DNA from: Chrysomallon squamiferum
Taxonomy: Eukaryota; Animalia; Mollusca
Assembly (NCBI GenBank): GCA_012295275.1
Contig: CM022668.1
Span: forward strand, 11,842,001-11,906,000
Direction: 5' to 3'
Length of the DNA: 64,000 bases
Under the pieces are notes generated by a model that did no database searches, was not told where the DNA came from, and saw only the letters and a list, made by a program, of their open reading frames with translations. The position numbers and the translations under genes were made by a program. Positions 56,583 to 64,000 of the stretch are shown here, one piece after another. The number at the start of each line of letters is the position of its first letter. Position 1 is the stretch's first letter.

Positions 56583-56929
56583 GTAAACTACTGCTATTTG
56601 AATTAATTGAATTTCAGGATTATGTTAATTTTAAAATATTCTGTTTGTTATTTTGATTAATAATCCTGGGAGTTTTGGGCAGGTTTTTATTAATTGGTAT
56701 AAAGATAACAGTTATATGTGCACATAAAACACACAACAATGCACACACAGAGAGAAAGACAGACAGAGAGAGGGGGAGAGAGAGAGACAGACCAGGAGCG
56801 AGAGAGAGATGGAGGGAGGGAGGGAGGGAGAGAGAGAGAGAGACAGACAGATCAGGAGCGAAAGAGAGATGGAGGGAGAGGGGGGGGAGAGAGAGAGAGA
56901 GAGTTACAGAAAACAAGATTGATAGAGAA

Positions 56930-56968
<39 letters not shown>

Positions 56969-57119
56969 CACACCACATATACTAGCATTTATACAAAGTG
57001 CATAGTCATATCCCAGCATATAATACACATGACTATATGTAAACACTGACACACATAAACATATACCCTCATACATTATCCATCCACCCATCACACTGAT
57101 TTTTATTACCTTGTTTCAG

Positions 57120-57322
57120 CTTGGTTACCAACATGACCAGTATGATGAGCTGATGGAACTTCTCACAGCAGCACAAGAGGAGCTGAAGACTCTGAGAGGC
57201 AAGAGCAGGCCAGAGGCAGCGAGACAGTACCTGTCGTCAACTTTGCTTAACCGACTCAACGATTCTATAGCCTCTGAGCTAGAGTCTTCAATGAAGCAGG
57301 ATCAGACACCACCAGAAAGAAG
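57120..57322 (+). CDS. TRAK1: TRAK/Milton exon (LGYQHDQYDELMELLTAAQEELKTLR...DSIASELESSM...)
   Basis: End of HAP1_N (AQEELKxLR) and Spindly-like DSIASEL motif; phase 0->2. Confidence 0.93.
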
Positions 57323-57612
57323 GTAAACATGTAGAAATGTTAACTGTTTTATTTGAAGTCTTTTTTGTTATTTTTTTGTGTGTTTTTGTGTTATAATCAT
57401 GTGATGAAATGTTGATGATCTGAAAGACTTCAGTAATTTTGGTCTGTCTTGTATCAAATAGTATTTATATGAGATGAAACACTTATGTAAAAAATATACC
57501 TTATATAATCTATGGAGGGAGAGTGAGGGTGGGGGAGGGAGGGAGAGGGAGAGGGAGAGGGAGAGGGAGGGAGAGGGAGGGAGGGAGAGAGGGAGAGAGA
57601 GAGAGGGAGGGA

Positions 57613-57687
<75 letters not shown>

Positions 57688-57885
57688 TTTTCATTTGTTT
57701 AAAATGTATATATACATATACAAAACAACCATTACTGCCGTACACACATACATATATATATATACTCAAACATACACAGGTGCAAAAACATATACATACA
57801 TACACACTCATACACACACACATATATATGTATATATAAATATATACACACACTGGCATACACAAAAAAACATACATACATACAC

Positions 57886-57916
<31 letters not shown>

Positions 57917-57931
57917 TATATATACACACAA

Positions 57932-57966
<35 letters not shown>

Positions 57967-58045
57967 AATATATACACACACACATATATATACATATATA
58001 TATATACACATATAAACTTTCCCTATCATTTATCTCACACACTAG

Positions 58046-58243
58046 AAGACAGAACTGGAAGATATTTGAGACCGCGAGAGCAGCTAAGAAGGCGATATCG
58101 AAGAAGAAGACATCGTCACTCAGTCAGCTGGAGGCCGACAGCACCGACTCCGCATCACCGTCAAAGAAACACTCCCTCTACTTCTCTGACTCCGAGTCTG
58201 TGAAAAGTGACGGCTACAGTGCTGACACAGATAGCGTGTATGG
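58046..58243 (+). CDS. TRAK1: TRAK/Milton exon (RQNWKIFETARAAKK...DGYSADTDSVYG)
   Basis: K(I/V)FET motif; stop-free 198 nt, phase 2->2; TAGAAG tandem acceptor, weak GTGTGT donor. Confidence 0.85.
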
Positions 58244-58920
58244 GTGTGTATTTCAATTACCTTCTTATCTGTGTATTTTATCTGTATATTCATAGTATGT
58301 ATTGTTGTATATCATTATCAATTACCTTTTACCTGTGTATTTTATCTATACATTCATAGTGTGTGTCGTTAATTACCTTCTTACCTGTGTATTTTATCTA
58401 TATATTCATAGTGTGTGTCGTTAATTACCTTCTTACCTGTGTATTTTATCTATACATTCATACTGTATATTTTATCTATATATTCATAGTGTGTGTCGTT
58501 AATTACCTTCTTAACTGTATATTTTATCTATATATTCACAGTGTGTACTCTTAGTTACATTCTTACCTGTGTATTTTATCTATATATTCATAGTGTGTAC
58601 TGTTAATTATCTTTTTAACCTGTGTATTATATCTATACATTCATAGTGTGTATTGTTAATTATCTTTTTACCTGTGTGTTTTATCTCTATATTCATAGTG
58701 TGTATTGTTAATTATCTTTTTAACCTGTATATTTTATCTATATATTCATAGTGTGTTTATATTCAATTATCTTTTTAACCTGTATATTTTATCTTTACAT
58801 TTATAATGTTTTTATCTTTACATTTATATACCTGTATATTTTATCTACATATTCATAGTGTGTATTGTTAATTACATTTTGACCTGTTTACCTGTATACT
58901 GCTATTTCATCTATACATTT
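58244..58920 (+). repeat. ~52-bp minisatellite (~12 copies) beginning at the donor of exon 58046-58243
   Basis: Unit CATAGTGTGT(G/A)T(C/T)GTTAATTACCTTCTTACCTGTGTATTTTATCTATATATT. Confidence 0.92.
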
Positions 58921-59119
58921 TTAGTTATGTATTAATGTGTTTTGTTAATTTGTTTTTTACCTACATACTTACTTCTTTAATCTGTGTAAATAATATTTGA
59001 TCTCTGCTTTCATAGAGTGTGTGAGAGTGTGCATTGTTAATTAGGTTTTTACCTGTTTACCTATGTAATTATATTTTATTGCTTCATTCATACCATGTGG
59101 ATTAAATTTTACCTTTATG

Positions 59120-59174
<55 letters not shown>

Positions 59175-59383
59175 TGAAAGAGAGAAAGACAGAGAATGGA
59201 TAGAGGGATGAGAGAGAGAGAGAATAATTCTGCAATTAAGAATCTTAACTCTTTAGATTCTCATCTTTTTTAATAATTTTTTTTTTTTTTTTATTCATGC
59301 ACCTCATACCTAACAGCTTGGTAATGACAGAGAGACAGACAGACTGACAGACATAATCTGTATTATTCTCTCTTCTGCTACAG

Positions 59384-59530
59384 ATCCACTCTGAGTCTTG
59401 GCAGACCAGGAATTCCAGGGTCCAACGACTTGGAGACTTCACTAAAACGACTTGCTTTGCAGAGAAGTGGTGACCTCAGTGACAGAGAGTTTCTTCAGGA
59501 CAAAGAGTCTAAGAGTGAAGCTTCTTCCAG
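59384..59530 (+). CDS. TRAK1: TRAK/Milton exon (STLSLGRPGIPGSNDLETSLKRLAL...EASS), Milton domain
   Basis: GxPGxPGSxDLExxLxRL motif; phase 2->2. Confidence 0.94.
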
Positions 59531-59710
59531 GTAAAGTAGACTTCAGTTTGTTTAATTTTGTATTGGTTTAGTTTTTTGTTTGTTTTATTTTTGTTATTTT
59601 TGATAAAAGGTAAATTAAACTTCAGTTTGTTTAATTTTGTATTGGTTTAGTTCTTTGTTTGTTTTATTTTTGTTATTTTTTTTAAAAGGTAATTTAAACT
59701 TTAGTTTGTC
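59531..59710 (+). repeat. 79-bp tandem repeat (2.3 copies) starting at the donor
   Basis: GTAAA.TA.ACTTCAGTTTGTTTAATTTTGTATTGGTTTAGTT...TAAAAG repeated, with starts at 59531, 59610 and 59689. Confidence 0.9.
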
Positions 59711-59941
59711 TGTTTGTTTGTGTGTTTAATTTTGTATATATTTGTTTCTTTGTTGTTGTTTTTATTTTTTTTTTTTTTTTTATGGTTTGTTAAATTGAAA
59801 TTTCATTTTTTAATGCCTAATTATTAATATTAAGATCTTTGATTTTTTTTTTTTTTTTATTATTTTTAATTGTTAATGTTAATAGTTGTCTGTTTCTGTT
59901 TATTTTTTCATTTTGTATTTTTATAATTTCCTTTATTATTA

Positions 59942-60013
<72 letters not shown>

Positions 60014-60027
60014 TATTATTATTATTA

Positions 60028-60080
<53 letters not shown>

Positions 60081-61043
60081 TCGTTCTTAGAAAGCTGTAA
60101 CTTTTTTCTTTATACTAATATATCTGTGATCATGATTTTTTAATTTTTTTTTTTTTGTTAGTATTATATTCTGCTTTTCACACTGATTTTTTGAGTATTT
60201 TTGAGTAATTTTGTATTAGCCCATCAGTACTTTTACCTAACAGTTTTGCTTGTAAACCATTTCAAACCATAGCTCACTAATGAAAAAGAAAAAATCCCAC
60301 ATTTCAAAAAATAATAATAATTAGAATATTAATAAGCAGTTTAGTTTTTGAAGGGGACAAGCTGTGTTAGAAATTTTCATTAACAAAACGAATATAATGA
60401 TTTTTTGTTACATCCATATTACAAACATAATTACATATTTATCACCAGTATTATTAATCTGTTTTCATTATTATAAATCTGTTATAAATTATGTTTATTA
60501 AAACTTTTTACATTTTATATTTTTTCCAGGCATTTTTTCTGGTGTGTAATTATTATTTCTTGTATTTATATTATTATAGCACGTGTATTGTAACAACTTT
60601 TCTGGATTTCTTCTTTGACAATATTGGACTGTTCACTTACATTTTTAACACTTAAATATTTTGCTTTATAATATTTTAGATAGATAGATAGATAGATAGA
60701 TAGATATGGATTTTTTTACCAAATTAAATTTTTACTATTTATTTTATTTTTATATACAATTATTTTTTTATTTTTTATTTTATTTTTTTTATTTTTTTTA
60801 AATATATATTTATTTTCATTTTACATATTTATTTTTATTGCTGTTTGGGGGTAGGTGTAATATCTCTGCTTCTCTGTACTTACTCATTTTTACTTACATA
60901 ATGTATACAAGAGTGGATTTTGTGTGGGATTTATTTGGTTTTTATTTTTTTACATTGTTGACTTTTGTTTTTTAAACTCTACCAAAATGATAAATTTTTA
61001 ATTAATTTTCTCTCATTTTCTATTAAATATTTTCAATGAGAAC

Positions 61044-61132
<89 letters not shown>

Positions 61133-62291
61133 AGATTGTTAGATATGTATAGATATGTATAGATATATATATATATATATATATAGATATAGATAAATAG
61201 GTAGATATGTATATATATATAAAATGTTGTTGCTGTTGTTCATATAAGGGATTGTTTATAAGAACCTTTCCAGAGACAAAAAACACATATTATGTGACTA
61301 TGGGGACTGTGTAAATTGATCTTGTATCTGTTCATGCCTCAAGACATTGTTTTAACCATTAAATTTCAGCATATTCTGTATTCGTCTAAAGGTATAAACT
61401 GATAAAGTATAAAGACTATTAATTATTCAATTTATTTTTTTTTCTTTTTATCTGTTTTCAAAAGAAATGATATATATATATATATAAAGGATACATGTAA
61501 ATGTTTTTTTATTAGTTTTTAACCATTTACTCCATATGTAATAAAGCAAAGAATTTACAGACAGGAAAATTTGTGTGTATGTACATTTAATCATGGAAGT
61601 GAACACATGCATGCACATGCACCTATATCAACATACATATTTTTGCTTTCTGTAACAGGCTTTAAGATTCATTGGTAATTAATCTACATTAATGTCTTAG
61701 TTTATTGAATAATGGTTTGGATTTGCATTAGATTTAACAGTTCAAGCTGTTTTTGGAAAAGAATTAAATGCAAAAAAATATATATTATTTTATGAATTTT
61801 TATTTAATTTAAAATAAACATATTCAAGCTGCACTGAATTGGAAAGAAAATGCCAGCAATAATGTTACATGGAACCAGTAATGTTTAACTATCATTTTAT
61901 TTTATTTTATTTTATTTTTTTTTATTATTATATAGTTTTATTTATTTATATTTATATATATTTATTTGTTTTTATTTATTTATTTATTTAATGTTGTTAT
62001 TATTATTAATTTTCTTCTTTTTTTTTTATTTTTTTATTTTTTTTTTGTTTGTTTTGTTTATTAATTTATTCTCCCTTACTTTTCTTTACTATGTTTTCCT
62101 TTTATGTTGTTTTTTGTTTTTTTTCTCATCACATAAAAATCACATTGGCACGTACTGAATTTTACCTTGCAAAAATTAACTCTGAGTTGTTTTTTGTTTT
62201 TTAAATATGATGTTATAAATGGTATTTCTTTTTTTTTTTTTTTTTTTTTTTTTCATTTCTGTTGATGCAGAAATAATTGTAATAATAATAA

Positions 62292-62322
<31 letters not shown>

Positions 62323-62338
62323 TTTTTTTTTTTTTCAG

Positions 62339-62511
62339 CCCTGTACCTAACTCCACACCCAGGACACCCAACCTGACGCCCAGAACACCAAACCTTAGCC
62401 ACACCCCAGAATCAGCAGGGAGTGGCCATTCATATCTTTCCATTACTGGTAGTCATAGCAACCCGTATTTTCGCATTCCAGAAAAGCTTCAGATAGTTAA
62501 ACCAATGGAAG
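62339..62511 (+). CDS. TRAK1: TRAK/Milton exon (PVPNSTPRTPNLTPRTPNL...FRIPEKLQIVKPME)
   Basis: PEKLQIVKPxEGS conserved TRAK motif; phase 2->1. Confidence 0.95.
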
Positions 62512-62586
62512 GTTAGTATTGCTTTTATGGGTTTCTAATTATTTAAACTTACAGGTGTGTGTGTGTGTGTGTGTGTGTGTGTCTGT

Positions 62587-62624
<38 letters not shown>

Positions 62625-63094
62625 ATGTGTCTGTGTGTCTGTGTGTCTGTGTGGTATTATATCTGTTTAATTTATATGGAGAGCATTGTGAATACAGTTA
62701 TATAATCATAACATTTTTTTTTCATTTTTATTCAGAATAATGAACTAGATAAAGATAAACATAGTTACTCAAAATTGTATACTGTAATTCACTAGACAGA
62801 CAACATTATACACAATTATGTTATCACAGTGGTATATCATTTTATTCTGTGGGGGTTAATTTGGAGGTGTAACATCTTATATGGTTATGTATCACAGACA
62901 TATCAGATTTATATCACTTTGATAACATTTATTTGGAATAAATGGTAAAAATTAAAAACCTTTATAAAAAAATCACCATGTTATGTGTCACAAACATTTC
63001 TATTTACACTTGTTGGATAACATTTAGTTAGAATAAACAGTAAATGCTGCAAAAACGTTACATAAAGTCACCATGACAACCATTGTTGTTGCAG

Positions 63095-63241
63095 GCTCCA
63101 TAACCCTGCGGCAGTGGCAACAGCTGGCCACGCCCAACCTGAGCGGCCTGTTTGAAGAGAGGCCAGGAGTGCAGATTAAAGGAGAGAGAAAACTGGATCT
63201 GGTTGAGGAGGTTTACAGACTGAGCGACTTCGAAGAAGATG
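63095..63241 (+). CDS. TRAK1: TRAK/Milton exon ([30 protein letters not shown]...); gene continues beyond the window
   Basis: GSxTLxxWQQLAxPxLxGxxxxRPGVxxKG motif; phase 1->1. Confidence 0.95.
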
Positions 63242-63429
63242 GTATGAGTATTTCGTGTTTAATAACTGTTTTGTCTGTCATTGGTTGACTGGAGCTATCC
63301 CAGTTTGCAATGCACCACAGCCATTTTGGTTTTCTAAGTTTATAATGGTTAATGTTATGAAGTTGTAGTCTAGTGTTCTGTATGTATGAAATGACTTCAG
63401 CTATGGATATAACAGTTATTCTGTAATAA

Positions 63430-63680
63430 CTGAAACAAGAGATTGTGTTATAACTCAAACAAATTATTCTACTGTAACTCTAAACTAAATTTTTTTATTA
63501 TAATTCAAAACCAGAGATTGTATTATAGCTCAAACCAGAGATTTTCATGTTACTCAAATAAGAGATTCTGTTTTGACTTAAAATCAGAAATTCTGTTATT
63601 ATACAAAACCAGAGATGATTAAAACTGAAATAAGAGATTATATATTATAATTCAAACCAAAGATTCTGTTATAGTTCCAT
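63430..63680 (+). repeat. Degenerate ~24-bp minisatellite (AAACCAGAGATTCTGTTATAACTC)
   Basis: About 9-10 diverged units. Confidence 0.7.
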
Positions 63681-63907
63681 CTGTTGTTATAGAATAAGTG
63701 GTTAACAACCTACAACACAGAAATTAAAGATAATTGAGAGAGTAATGTTGAGTCTTGTATTGTGACATCCTTACACAAATATGCATTCACTTATTATTTA
63801 TTCCAGTATGTTGTTTTTGCTTTTAGCTCTTTTTTTTTTTAGTTATTCTTTCTTTTTTTCTTTTTTTTATTGTTGTTGTTTTTTTGTTGTTGTTTTTTTT
63901 ATATAAA

Positions 63908-63938
<31 letters not shown>

Positions 63939-64000
63939 AACACTTTCCATGTTACTGCTTTGTCAGATATTTTGTGTCATTATTATTTATTGTTGTTGTT

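Noticed and set aside
57515-57685. G-rich purine tracts (also 40020-40215) as functional G-quadruplex/triplex elements
   Set aside because: Derived from ubiquitous (GA)n microsatellites; nothing distinguishes them from background.
57368-58042. 224-aa ORF and many similar ORFs (poly-I, poly-Y, SL, ER, HT, CV) across the window
   Set aside because: Translations of (ATT)n, (CT)n, (CA)n and (TA)n microsatellites.

Overview
AT-rich, microsatellite-dense, intron-rich animal DNA; an invertebrate, plausibly a mollusc (inferred from composition and repeat style only). Three spliced protein-coding genes were reconstructed by hand with GT-AG boundaries and consistent exon phases. (1) The 5' part of ARMC8 lies on the minus strand: 5 exons from 3347 to 591, running off the left edge. 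(2) A complete 8-coding-exon DBR1 lariat debranching enzyme gene lies on the plus strand (4783-10635, 718 aa), head-to-head with ARMC8. (3) A long TRAK/Milton mitochondrial kinesin adaptor gene lies on the plus strand (~14.7 kb to beyond 64 kb), with a 30-kb intron holding several candidate alternative first exons. The most unusual signal is a recurring set of tandem repeats anchored on splice sites: 8-9 copies of a branchpoint+acceptor+exon-start unit before a TRAK exon, in-frame donor copies after an ARMC8 exon, AG|GT ratchet-like copies, and others. Also present are a hAT-like MITE, a triplicated tRNA-derived SINE head and several minisatellites. No prokaryotic features or CRISPR arrays.
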